Shown piece by piece: positions 10,122 to 19,610 of a stretch of DNA of 64,000 bases. The stretch is from an uncultured delta proteobacterium (GTDB lineage: Bacteria; Desulfobacterota; BSN033; UBA1163). The notes beneath the pieces were generated by a model that was given only the letters and a program-made list of their open reading frames with translations, was not told the DNA's origin and searched no databases. Position 1 is the stretch's first letter. Every line of letters starts with the position of its first letter. The stretch is taken from NCBI GenBank assembly GCA_963827685.1, contig CAWHBU010000003.1, positions 1,024,001 to 1,088,000 on the forward strand, in the 5' to 3' direction. A program made the position numbers and the translations under genes.

Positions 10122-10239
10122 GTCATTGCGAGCCCGAAGCCCTGCACCGTCCCGCGTTTCATGGGATACAGGGCGAAGGGTGTGGCAATCTCATCGTTTG
10201 CTTGAGATTGCTTCGTCGCTAAAGGCTCCTTGCAATGAC
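10122..10239. repeat. GTCATTGCG...GCAATGAC palindromic repeat with nested micro-element
   Basis: Terminal inverted repeats; related copies near 19096, 58253 and 62729. Confidence 0.8.
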
Positions 10240-10312
10240 CCACTGGGGGCCAATGCAAACTATAATGTGCTCCTAGTATAAATATTACAAAGCTTTTTGT
10301 GATTTTCATGAT

Positions 10313-11479
10313 TCAAACCGCGCGCAGCGACTCGACGATATTCATCCGCGATGCCCGGACCGCAGGCAACACGCCCCCGATAAAACCCATGACCAAGGAA
10401 AAACCGAGACCCTTCCAAACAATGTCCGGGGTTAAGGTGAAGCTGAAGGCGAGCTCGGAAAAGGTCTGAAAGTTCAAGGTGGAGATGGTGAAAAGCTGCA
10501 GAAAAGAAGCCAAAAAGAGACCGAGGCAACCACCGATCAACCCCAGAAACAAGGCTTCCACAATAAAAGCCCCCAGGATGCTAACTTTCTTGAAGCCCAG
10601 GGCGCGCATGGTTCCGATTTCGCCTGTGCGCGTGGCCACTGCCGAATACATGGTGATCATGGCACCGATGATAGCGCCCAGGGAGAAGATGACGGTCAAT
10701 GCCGTCCCGAGAATACGAAGAAATTGTGCCATTCTTTCGGATTGTTCCGCGTAGTAACGATTCTCACGCTTTGCCTCCAACGTCAAACGTGGATCGTCTT
10801 CGATCCGTTTCTTCACTCTTTCAAACTCGGAAGGATCGCGCAGCTTGAAGATGACGGATGAGTAGACCGTCCTGCGAAAGGCCTGCATGAGCTGATCTGC
10901 ATCCCCCCAGATCTCTGAACTGAACCCCCTGTTGCCCGCATCGAAGATCCCGACGATCCTCCAGTCCCGCATTCCGAAGCGGAGGATTTCGCCGATGCCA
11001 CCCCCTTTAAATCGCTCAGCAATGCTTCGGCCGGCGATGATCTCCGATAGTCCTGGCTTCGGCATACGCCCGTCTACCAATCTCACCTGCGGTCGCAATG
11101 CGAGTGAGCTCGCACCAATTCCTCTGATCACCACATTGGAGAGTGCATTCGTCCCCCGTTTGGGAAGAGCGATGAGGACAACCATCTCTTTTGCAAGGAG
11201 CACCTGACCCTCTGCCCCTGTCGCCACTTCAGGCTGCGTTTCTACAATAGAAGCTTGTAGTCGAGAAACCCCGCTCATCACTTCGGATGTAGAACCTTTT
11301 CGGACCACCACGACGTTATCATACGAACCCGTCTCAACAAGTGTCTTCCGGAGCCCTTCGGCCAGCATGAGAATGGCAGCAAACACGAATACGACGAGGG
11401 CCATGCCCGATGCAGTGAGCACAGTGGTCAATCGGCGCGTCCAGAGGTTACGGAAACTGTATGAGATGGGAAGTCCCAC
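10313..11479 (-). CDS. ABC transporter permease (FtsX/MacB-like)
   Basis: RTGEIGTMRALGF motif; 4-TM MacB topology. Confidence 0.9.
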   Translation of the reverse strand: MGLPISYSFRNLWTRRLTTVLTASGMALVVFVFAAILMLAEGLRKTLVETGSYDNVVVVRKGSTSEVMSGVSRLQASIVETQPEVATGAEGQVLLAKEMVVLIALPKRGTNALSNVVIRGIGASSLALRPQVRLVDGRMPKPGLSEIIAGRSIAERFKGGGIGEILRFGMRDWRIVGIFDAGNRGFSSEIWGDADQLMQAFRRTVYSSVIFKLRDPSEFERVKKRIEDDPRLTLEAKRENRYYAEQSERMAQFLRILGTALTVIFSLGAIIGAMITMYSAVATRTGEIGTMRALGFKKVSILGAFIVEALFLGLIGGCLGLFLASFLQLFTISTLNFQTFSELAFSFTLTPDIVWKGLGFSLVMGFIGGVLPAVRASRMNIVESLRAV

Positions 11480-12637
11480 CTACCCGATCCTCCTCAGCCC
11501 ATCGGCGATGCGGATTTTTAGAGCACGCCAGGTCGGAATGATGGCTGCGAAAAGACCAACCAGAACGGAGGCTGCAACATCCATATAAATGGTGTCAATC
11601 TCCACCTTAAAGGTTGGAAAGTAGGCACCCACAATCTTGCTAAACTCTTTTGCTGCGGGAGGGGTTAAGGCGATCCCTACGAGGCAGCCGATCATGGTGA
11701 TGAGAAGAGATTCCCCGATGATCATGCCGGCGATACGCCAGCCCCTAAAACCCAGAGTTTTGAAGATGGCATATTCTCCAATCCGTTCCCGAGCGGTCAT
11801 CGCCATGGTGTTTGCAGCCACTGCGATAATGATAATGATCACTACGAAGGAGACCATCTGGATGGCGACAATGATGGCATCTGCCATGGAGATAAAGGAG
11901 AGAAAGAAAGCTTTTTCGGTTTCGGTGAGCGTCTCAGCCAGTGAATTCTTAAAGGTCTTGTCGATCGCCTGAGCCACTTCCGCCGCACGATTCGGATCCG
12001 TGACTTCGACGATGTACCAGCCCACCTGATCCGCACGGCGAGGGGCCGTCTTTTTCAGCGCCTCATTCAGGTAGTCCCAGTGGAAAAAGAAGACCCTTTC
12101 ATCCGTACTTTCGTCTCTTCCGTGGTATATGCCTCGGAGGACAAACTCCCAGTTGCCTGGAAAGACGGCACTTTTCAATACAACAATGTCCCCGATTCCC
12201 CAATGGTATCGCTCCACAAGTTTCCGTCCTGCAACACACCCTTTCCGATCCCGAAGAAAGGCCTCTTTTTGATCCGGAGGCAGCACGAATTCCGGGTATA
12301 ATGCCACGTAGTTTTTTGCTTCGATGGCGTAATTGGCAAAAAAATTCTTTTCGTCTTTGTACGTCCCTGCAAACCAGTTCCCGTAAGATATCCGCTTTAC
12401 CGCATCGATCTGGCGAATCTTATCCTTATAGGAAAGGGGGAGTGGAAAGATGAGGGATATGGCATTTCGGGTGATGAGACGGTTTGCCGAAGAGGCCTTG
12501 ACGCCTGCATACCAGGCGCCGATGAAGGTCCTAAGCAGCCCAAAGGCAAGAATGGCGATGGTGATACTTAGAATGGTCAGGGCGGTACGGAGCTTATGGC
12601 GAAAGGTATTTCTAAGGAGCAGCTTGAGAATGTACAT
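11480..12637 (-). CDS. ABC transporter permease (FtsX/MacB-like)
   Basis: RERIGEYAIFKTLGF motif; periplasmic domain. Confidence 0.9.
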   Translation of the reverse strand: MYILKLLLRNTFRHKLRTALTILSITIAILAFGLLRTFIGAWYAGVKASSANRLITRNAISLIFPLPLSYKDKIRQIDAVKRISYGNWFAGTYKDEKNFFANYAIEAKNYVALYPEFVLPPDQKEAFLRDRKGCVAGRKLVERYHWGIGDIVVLKSAVFPGNWEFVLRGIYHGRDESTDERVFFFHWDYLNEALKKTAPRRADQVGWYIVEVTDPNRAAEVAQAIDKTFKNSLAETLTETEKAFFLSFISMADAIIVAIQMVSFVVIIIIIAVAANTMAMTARERIGEYAIFKTLGFRGWRIAGMIIGESLLITMIGCLVGIALTPPAAKEFSKIVGAYFPTFKVEIDTIYMDVAASVLVGLFAAIIPTWRALKIRIADGLRRIG

Positions 12638-13316
12638 TGTTCAAGACACCTTTATCGAGATAACGGATCGTATGCGCCTTCTTCGCTGCCCGAGGGTCGT
12701 GGGTCACCATGATAATGGTTTTATGTGAATCACGGTTGAGCTGATCCATCAGACCGAGAATCTCCTCGGCAGATACCCGGTCGAGGTCTCCTGTCGGTTC
12801 ATCCGCTACCAAGATGGTCGGGTCAGTGACAATGGCGCGGGCAATGGCAACTCGCTGCTGCTCTCCTCCGGAGAGCTGCCCAGGGTAGTGATCTATTCGA
12901 CTCGCCAGATTGACGACTTGGAGCGCCAGCCCCACATGCTCGCGTCGCTCTCTACGAGATAGACCGGTAAGCAATAGAGGAAGCTCAACGTTCTCGAAGG
13001 CCGTCAAAACCGGGATGAGATTGTAGAACTGGAAGATGAAACCGACGTTGACCGATCGCCACGCAGCCAGTTCAGTTTCTGTGAGCCCTGTGATATCGAT
13101 GCCCCCTACCCTGATGATACCGTTATCCACCTGGTCAAGGGCAGCGATCAGGTTAAGCAGGGTACTCTTTCCTGAACCCGACGGTCCCATCAATGCGAGG
13201 AATTCCCCTTCTGCGATTTCGAGGGTGATATTCTCCAGCACGGGGATAATGTGGGTACCCCTGCGGTAGGATTTGTTCACATGCTCTATCTCGACAATCG
13301 GTGCTTTGCTTTCCAT
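12612..13316 (-). CDS. ABC transporter ATP-binding protein (LolD/MacB-like)
   Basis: [17 protein letters not shown] and ADEPTGDLD motifs. Confidence 0.95.
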   Translation of the reverse strand: MESKAPIVEIEHVNKSYRRGTHIIPVLENITLEIAEGEFLALMGPSGSGKSTLLNLIAALDQVDNGIIRVGGIDITGLTETELAAWRSVNVGFIFQFYNLIPVLTAFENVELPLLLTGLSRRERREHVGLALQVVNLASRIDHYPGQLSGGEQQRVAIARAIVTDPTILVADEPTGDLDRVSAEEILGLMDQLNRDSHKTIIMVTHDPRAAKKAHTIRYLDKGVLNNVHSQAAP

Positions 13317-14534
13317 TTACTTCTCTTCTATTTTAATCTTTGAGCCATTCCTCAATCGATCCGAAGGATTCAGCACGACCCGGTCTCCAACGTTCACACC
13401 TTCAAGGATTTCTACCATGTCACCCATCGGGCCCCCGAGGCTTACAGGGGTTTCGACCACCCTGTCCCCATTGACGAGAAAGACGACCTTCCTGTCTTTT
13501 CGATTCACCAGGGCCGTCCGATTAAGAGCGGTTCGCGGCTTCCCTTCTTCTGCCTTTACCGAACGGGAGAGAAAAGCAACCTTGGCTGACATCTCCGGCA
13601 ATATGCGGCTGTCTTTATCAATGAAACGAACCTTAACCATGACGGTCGCCTTGCTCCGGTCAGCGGTCGGTACAATCATGTGAATCTCACCACGGAAGCG
13701 CAGTTCCGGCAGAGCATCCAACTGAATCTCGCATGGCTGGCCAGGCCTGACCTGGCTCAGATTCGATTCCGAGACATCCGCCTCCACCTCGAGAGAGCTC
13801 ATATCGGCAATGGTGACCACAGAGGCCTTGGCATTGGCTGCTGCGCCAAGGGGGGTGACGATATCCCCTACATCAGCGTCCTTGGTCAAGACGACCGCGT
13901 CAAAGGGGGCGCGGATCAGCGTATATTCCAGCAAGGCCGCCGCGCCTTCCAGAGCAGCGGTACTCGCCTTCAATGCAGCCTCTGCCCCAGCAACGGCAGC
14001 GACCGCTTTATCGTAACGGGCGACGGCATCATCATAGGTTTGTTGGGCAACCACTCCCCGAGAGAGAAGTTCTTTGTTACGGTTGAGCGAGAGCGTTGCA
14101 TCACGAAGCTCGGCCCGGGCCTGTTCAAGGCTGAAACGGGCCACGTTGACAGTGGCTGCCGCCTGATCCTTGGCTGCACTGACATCCTGATTCTCGAGAC
14201 GGGCAACCACCTGGTCCTTTTTTACACGGCTTCCCTCTTCAACGCCCAGCCAGATGAGGCGTCCGGTTACCTTGGATGCCAAGGCTGACTTGCGTTGGGC
14301 AACCACATAACCGCTTGCGTTAAGCAACGTGAAGGCTTGAGACGGGTAGACCTGTGTGATCGTGGCAACCTGGACTCCGATGGCCGGTGTGAAGGTTCCT
14401 CTGACATAAAGCAAACCGAGGATGATGAGGGCGATCACTGCCAAAGTCCAGTAGATGAACTTCTTCCTCTTTCTCGGGCGAAAAACCACCTTGGACTTAT
14501 CTATCTTCAGTTTTAAAAGGTCTTCATTTGCCAT
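13317..14534 (-). CDS. Efflux periplasmic adaptor (MacA-like MFP)
   Basis: N-terminal TM, lipoyl halves, coiled coil, IRAPFD motif. Confidence 0.9.
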   Translation of the reverse strand: MANEDLLKLKIDKSKVVFRPRKRKKFIYWTLAVIALIILGLLYVRGTFTPAIGVQVATITQVYPSQAFTLLNASGYVVAQRKSALASKVTGRLIWLGVEEGSRVKKDQVVARLENQDVSAAKDQAAATVNVARFSLEQARAELRDATLSLNRNKELLSRGVVAQQTYDDAVARYDKAVAAVAGAEAALKASTAALEGAAALLEYTLIRAPFDAVVLTKDADVGDIVTPLGAAANAKASVVTIADMSSLEVEADVSESNLSQVRPGQPCEIQLDALPELRFRGEIHMIVPTADRSKATVMVKVRFIDKDSRILPEMSAKVAFLSRSVKAEEGKPRTALNRTALVNRKDRKVVFLVNGDRVVETPVSLGGPMGDMVEILEGVNVGDRVVLNPSDRLRNGSKIKIEEK

Positions 14535-14720
14535 ATACTATGCCCCATGTGCGTAATTGTATTATTTTCATAGAACATGGCCTATTTGTCAAATCAAAAA
14601 ACCATTGAATTTGAAAGGATTTCATTCTAATTGAAATAGTGGAAGGCTTGATTGACTTTATGCCCGCGAATTTGTAAACTCTCATCTAAGCAAATTTTTC
14701 TGAGGATGAGTAGATTTAGG

Positions 14721-14793
14721 TCCCCCTCCCCTTAATCCCCTCCCCTGCCTTCGCCGAAGCGGCTTCGCGCAGGCAGGCGCCAGGGGAGGGGAA
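14721..14793. repeat. C/G-rich hairpin repeat with nested CCTGCC...GGCAGG insert
   Basis: Insert at 14744-14777 is identical to 23253-23286 and near-identical in reverse at 26082-26114. Confidence 0.8.
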
Positions 14794-14847
14794 GTATTTT
14801 CTATGTAATTTCATGTGACAGGGCGAGAAGCCTGAGGGAGAAAAACG

Positions 14848-15432
14848 ATGAAGATTCTTAATCGGAACTTTTTCTTCGGTGTGGGTGCAGGAGTTTTGAT
14901 CACAATCCTTATGATCGTGGTCGCAGGTTATCTGTTCGTATGGTGGTATTCCAGCAATAAGATACCGAATGGTGAAGAAATATTGGAAAGGAGTCTGGAG
15001 GCTCCCCCTTTCCCTTCAGCCGTCTTGGCTGACTATAACTGGACCATTCAATCCCTCAAGGGACAAGATGTCAAAATGGCCGATGCAAAAGGGAAAGTCG
15101 TATTTCTCAATTTCTGGGCCACCTGGTGTTCTCCTTGCATCGCGGAAATGCCAAGTATTCAAAGACTTCATGAAAGGTTAAAAAACGAAGGGCTTGTTTT
15201 CATCTGTATTTCAGATGAAGAGACGACTAAAGTCAGTCGGTTTGCCAGAGAAAAGGGGTTCACCTTTCCGATCTATACCATGCATGGCCCGCCACCGGCC
15301 GCTTTCAGATCGCGAGGTATCCCCGCCACATTCATACTATCTCCGGATGGGAAAATAGCCTTTAAACATGTTGGCAGTGCAAAATGGGATGACGAAAAAA
15401 GTATCGCTTTTATAAAAAGTCTCATGAAATAG
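14848..15432 (+). CDS. TlpA-family membrane-anchored thiol-disulfide oxidoreductase
   Basis: N-terminal TM; FLNFWATWCSPCIAEMP; IPATF. Confidence 0.9.
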   Translation: MKILNRNFFFGVGAGVLITILMIVVAGYLFVWWYSSNKIPNGEEILERSLEAPPFPSAVLADYNWTIQSLKGQDVKMADAKGKVVFLNFWATWCSPCIAEMPSIQRLHERLKNEGLVFICISDEETTKVSRFAREKGFTFPIYTMHGPPPAAFRSRGIPATFILSPDGKIAFKHVGSAKWDDEKSIAFIKSLMK

Positions 15433-15574
15433 ACCACTCGAAAAAGGATCCCTTATCCAGATTACCTGCACAATTCTTTCTTGCTTCATCCTTTCTCTGA
15501 TGCGAACATATTTAGGAGGGCGGATTAAGTAGAGTTATTTCAGCCATAGACTAAATTCGTCATGGAGGAGAAAA

Positions 15575-16045
15575 ATGGGAGAGATCGTTCATACATCACG
15601 GATCAAGATTGTCAGGGAAAAGGGCCCAACCAGGAGAGCCATGATCGAAGGATTTCATGAGCCCATCTATTATGGTGTCCATGGCGGGATCAAGCGATTC
15701 TACAAGGTCGAGCCTGAAAAGGAGCATGCAGCGACGCTCGATCATATCGTCGCTGCCACGGCTGCCTGAATGATGGGAACCCTGGCCACGATGTTGGCCG
15801 GAAAAAAGATCGCCACTCCTGAGGACCGTTATTGGGCAGACGTGGAAGGAGATATCGAAAATGTAAACAATGTTCTGAAGATTACTCAAATTCGGGCCAC
15901 GTACCATCTGAAAGCACCAAAAGGAAAAGCTGGCGAGGCCCGAGAGGCATTCTCCTCGTACTTGAAATTCTGCCCTGCGGCTCAGAGCCTGATCGGCTGT
16001 ATCAATATCCGGGACAATATAGAGGTTGAGGAGGTGAGTGAATGA
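15575..16045 (+). CDS. OsmC-like selenoprotein candidate (UGA 15767-15769 read as Sec65)
   Basis: Two abutting same-frame ORFs join as LDHIVAATAA-U-MMGT; distal FCPA Cys; hairpin CTGGCCA-cgatgt-TGGCCGG just after the UGA. Confidence 0.85.
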
Positions 16046-16782
16046 TGCGACATCCCTTTTCTCCATTTGCTTTGATCGGATTTATTCTTGCGGTTCTCGC
16101 GGCCCTGGCCGCCATGCTGGCGGGTTTCGGAAGTCGCTGGGGGTTATGGTATTTCAGAACAGGGTTTGTCATTCTGAGGTGGGCTGCCTATGTTGGCATC
16201 GCTGCTGCTCTGGCTTCCCTTATTGGCGCCATTTTGACCTGGCCAACTACTTTGCGCCGGGGCTTCCTCTTCTCAATCTTCGGGCTCGTCATTGGAATCC
16301 TGGTCTTTGGCGTTCCCTGGTACTATTGGCGAACAGTACAGCATGTCCCAGCCATCCATGACATCACAACGGATACGGAAAATCCGCCGCGCTTCGTTTC
16401 TATCTTACCTCTCCGAAAAAATGCCCCCAATCCATCCGAATACGGCGGACCTGAAATCGCTGCCAAACAGCGAGCCGCATATCCAAATTTGGCTCCGGCA
16501 ATACTTTCTATTCCATCAGATAAAGCCTTTGAGCGAGCCTTGGCTACCGCTCGCAAGATGGGCTGGGTGATTGTGGACGCGAACGCGGCCGAGGGACGCA
16601 TCGAGGCAACAGATACAACATTCTGGTTCGGTTTCAAAGATGACATCGTTATCCGCGTTACCCCTGCTGATCCCGGAAGCCGCATTGACATTCGTTCTGT
16701 CTCACGGGTTGGGAAAAGTGATGTGGGTACGAATGCCAAACGAATTCGAAAATATTTGAAAGAGTTAAAACAGGTCGGATAA
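16042..16782 (+). CDS. DUF1499 family membrane protein
   Basis: IHDITTD..NPP.F; EATDTTFWFGFKDDIVIR; RSVSRVGKSDVGTNAKRI. Confidence 0.85.
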   Translation: MMRHPFSPFALIGFILAVLAALAAMLAGFGSRWGLWYFRTGFVILRWAAYVGIAAALASLIGAILTWPTTLRRGFLFSIFGLVIGILVFGVPWYYWRTVQHVPAIHDITTDTENPPRFVSILPLRKNAPNPSEYGGPEIAAKQRAAYPNLAPAILSIPSDKAFERALATARKMGWVIVDANAAEGRIEATDTTFWFGFKDDIVIRVTPADPGSRIDIRSVSRVGKSDVGTNAKRIRKYLKELKQVG

Positions 16783-16836
16783 CGGGGCGGCTCAAGCCCA
16801 CGGCTTTTGCGCGTCGACCGGAGCCGGTTGTTCGGG
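16777..16836 (+). other. Isolated attC-like site
   Basis: GGATAAC overlaps the stop codon; CGGCTC/GAGCCG inner arms; ends GTTCGGG. Confidence 0.45.
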
Positions 16837-16939
16837 ATGGCTATCGGTTATGACAAGTTGACGATTTCGGACTGAAAGTGCGCCTAACGACTTTTCCTCC
16901 AGTATAAAATAGAGTTACTCTCTCATTATCAGAAGTTCA

Positions 16940-17062
16940 CCCCGTTAGAAATAATGCCCCGCTGCTCTGCCCTGTACACCATGCGGTGCAGGGCTCTGCA
17001 GCGGGGTTACATTCTGAATAATCCCAGCGGGGTTTAATGCCCCGCTGGAATTTCTAACGGGG
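16940..17062. mobile_element. MITE (TIR CCCCGTTAGAAA, 4-bp TSD TTCA)
   Basis: Perfect TIRs flanked by TTCA direct repeat; inserted at the cpoB stop codon. Confidence 0.8.
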
Positions 17063-17063
17063 T

Positions 17064-17948
17064 TCACTTAATCGCTTTCAGTTTCTTCTTCGCCATTTCA
17101 GCTTCCTTAGAATGGGGAAATCGTTCGATGACCCGTCTGAGAAGATTCTTGGCATTGTTCTTATCACCCAGTTCCAGGAAGGCGCGGGCCTGTTTGAATA
17201 AGGCCGCCGGAATTTTACTCGTTTTCGGATACTTGGTGATCGCTTTCTCATATTCCAAGATTGCCTTCTCGAAATCCTTTTTTTGATAATAGATCTCTCC
17301 AATCCAAAACTGGGCGTTGCCAGAGAGTTCGGTGGTAGGGTACTGTTTGAGAAAGGTCTCAAATTTCTTCCGGGCTCCCTCTAAATCTCCCTTCTGAAAG
17401 GTCTCGTAGGCATCCCTGTACAGGTGCGCCATCCCTGGGGAGGTCCCTTTTGGTTTGGAGAGGACCTCTTTGGTTGGACTCGATTTTTCCGAGCCCGTCT
17501 GTTTTGCCTTCTCGTCCATACCCTTGAGACGGGCCTCCATTTCTCTAATTTTTTCTTCCTGGGCCTTATTTTTTGTTTCCAGGTTTCTTCTGCTCTCTTC
17601 CAAACCCCTTAATTGAGCCTCAACATCTGCCTTGACTTGGCCAATCTCTTTCGAGGGCCTTTTAAGATAATCCTTATATTCCTCGACACCCGTAGAGAGG
17701 GTTCGAACTTCGGACTGAAGGTTGTCGACCCGGATAAGAAGGTCCGTCCTGAGGTTTTGATTCTCAGCGGACAGAACGGATATTTTATCCTTTAAAGAGT
17801 TATTCTCTTTTTGAAGCGCATTGAGTTCCGAATAAAGTTTACCAATCTCCCTGTCAAGGACCCGTACGTCCCTGGCGGTTGCGCATCCGAAAAGAGAGAG
17901 TCCGACGGAAAGAATGACCCACGTTTTAATCCTGTAGAACTTTTTCAA
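17064..17948 (-). CDS. cpoB: Tol-Pal system protein CpoB/YbgF
   Basis: Lipoprotein signal, coiled coil, TPR (NAQFWIGE, K.PAALFKQA); downstream of pal. Confidence 0.85.
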   Translation of the reverse strand: MKKFYRIKTWVILSVGLSLFGCATARDVRVLDREIGKLYSELNALQKENNSLKDKISVLSAENQNLRTDLLIRVDNLQSEVRTLSTGVEEYKDYLKRPSKEIGQVKADVEAQLRGLEESRRNLETKNKAQEEKIREMEARLKGMDEKAKQTGSEKSSPTKEVLSKPKGTSPGMAHLYRDAYETFQKGDLEGARKKFETFLKQYPTTELSGNAQFWIGEIYYQKKDFEKAILEYEKAITKYPKTSKIPAALFKQARAFLELGDKNNAKNLLRRVIERFPHSKEAEMAKKKLKAIK

Positions 17949-18013
17949 CTTACCCTCCTTGAATGACCATCCTCGAAGAAGATCAATGCCCCCCGAGGAT
18001 GGGCTGACTCAAA

Positions 18014-18649
18014 TTACTTGGATAACACGACGATGTGAGCTCTTCGGTTTTTGGCCCATGCTTCCTCATTACGGCCTGGGTCCAAAGGTCTCTCCTTTCC
18101 ATAACTAATGGTAGAAATACGATTTGAAGCAATGCCAAGGGAGATGAGAAATTTCTTGGTATTGTTGGCTCTTCTTTCCGCGAGGGCGAGGTTGTACTCC
18201 ACTGTTCCTCTCTCATCACAATGACCTTCAATCTGAATCTTCATTTTAGGACTTTTTTTCAACAGGGCCGCATTTTCTTTTAAGATTCCCTCGTCCCCTC
18301 GACGAATGTCATATTTGTCAAAATCGAAGTGGATGTCTTTGAGCAGCTTGGTCTCGAAGATTTCCCCTTCGATCCCACGTTCTTTTTTGGCGGTCAAACT
18401 CTTTTCGAGCTCGCCGCCTATCGGCTTCTTAGCCTCTTCTTCCTTGATCCTTGCTAATTCACTCTCTTTAGCTTCTTTCGCTTCTCTTGCTTCTCTCGCT
18501 GCCCGTTCAGCCTCGACTCTACTTGTTTCTTCCGACTTCTGGACGGTTGGCTGTTCTCTCCTAACTACCACTGTTTTCTTAGGACATCCCGCCAAAAACA
18601 GTCCGAGACAGAGTATAAGAATGAAAATGCTGACACTTTTCTTAACCAT
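18014..18649 (-). CDS. pal: Peptidoglycan-associated lipoprotein
   Basis: Lipobox LAGC; IHFDFDK, IEGHCDERGT.EYNLAL, SYGKERP, AWAKNRRA. Confidence 0.95.
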   Translation of the reverse strand: MVKKSVSIFILILCLGLFLAGCPKKTVVVRREQPTVQKSEETSRVEAERAAREAREAKEAKESELARIKEEEAKKPIGGELEKSLTAKKERGIEGEIFETKLLKDIHFDFDKYDIRRGDEGILKENAALLKKSPKMKIQIEGHCDERGTVEYNLALAERRANNTKKFLISLGIASNRISTISYGKERPLDPGRNEEAWAKNRRAHIVVLSK

Positions 18650-18705
18650 GATCGTCCTCCTTTAATAATTGGTTTCCTTTCTTACCCTGTTTCTTGACCG
18701 GAACG

Positions 18706-18812
18706 TGCCCCGCAAACCCTGTCCCGCCGACGGCGGGACAGGCGGGGTCAAGGGGCACAATATGAATGATATTACAATGCCGGGAAGCCCCGCCTGTGGG
18801 TGGGGAGCTTCA
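18706..18812. mobile_element. Non-autonomous remnant resembling IS200/IS605 ends
   Basis: Hairpins ending AAGCCCCGCCTGTGGGTGGGGAGCTTCAC; related end at about 21840-21890. Confidence 0.45.
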
Positions 18813-19034
18813 CAAACAGAGTAACCAAAGAATAGTGAAAATTCAATGGTTATAAATCGGAGGAAATCGCAGCTTGATCTTATCGATTACCACTTGAAAG
18901 GTTGTATGGAAGGAGAATATTAGAAAATCACACTTTTATCAAGGAATCTGGGCTTTCTTAAATCTTCAATGGATCCGTCAGGCGATAGATTTTAATAGAA
19001 ACGCATTGAGTCTCATTACACCTGAAAGTTTAAT

Positions 19035-19310
19035 CCCTCACCCCCTGCCTACCGGCAGGCAGGCATCCCTCTCCGCCGAGAGACTGTATCGCAATGTCAT
19101 TGCGAGGGAGTGAAACGACCGAAGCAATCTAAGAACGCTCCGAAAATAAGGAGATTGCCGCGCTCCCTTCGGTCGCTCGCAATGACAAGCCGAGGATCAC
19201 GACACAGCCCCCAAAGGGAGAGGGGAGATGGGAGGCCCCTCTTTCCAGAATGGAGAGGGCTTCGTCGTGAGCGGCTCGACTGAGCTCGCCGAAGTCTCAG
19301 CCGAACGGAT
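19035..19310. repeat. Nested cluster of palindromic repeats
   Basis: CCCTCACCCC/GGGAGAGGGG host interrupted by CCTGCCTACCGGCAGGCAGG and a GTCATTGCGAG...CTCGCAATGAC unit (19096-19186). Confidence 0.75.
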
Positions 19311-19530
19311 ACTGATGAAGAACACGAAGCATGATACCTGTGTAGAGATTCCCGATCGATTCGAGTTCTGGAAAGGTCGTCCTCAACACCCGCTTGATCT
19401 CTACCTTGGTCGCTGCAATGAGATGACAATCACGCTTCCGCCTACTTATGATTAGGTTCTGGCCTAAGAGAAACGTAAAGACTGCCGATTGGGACTAAGG
19501 CCGGGATTCTCCTTTAATGGTCCTGTTTCA
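19298..19530 (-). mobile_element. Possible internally deleted IS110-family remnant
   Basis: Minus frame KVEIKRVLRTTFPELESIGNLYTGIMLRVLHQYP resembles an internal IS110 transposase segment; adjacent non-coding ...GAACCTAATCATAAGTAGGCGGAAG. Confidence 0.4.
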
Positions 19531-19538
19531 GAAACAAA

Positions 19539-19567
19539 GAGGCAGGCTCCAAGCGGACCCTGCCTCA
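19539..19567 (-). terminator. Putative intrinsic terminator after katA
   Basis: GAGGCAGG...CCTGCCTC stem followed by a T-rich tract on the minus strand. Confidence 0.55.
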
Positions 19568-19610
19568 TAAGGATGCTCTGATTTTGGAAAAACTCTCTTT
19601 TCGAGCGGGA

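Noticed and set aside
10052-10309. ORFs over palindromic repeats (also 19097, 23178, 23216, 25970, 35516, 62745)
   Set aside because: Translations of repeat DNA (e.g. LPTGRQA, AEAASRRQA), not credible genes
19035-19310. CRISPR array
   Set aside because: Repeats are nested palindromes without regular repeat-spacer periodicity; no cas genes in the window
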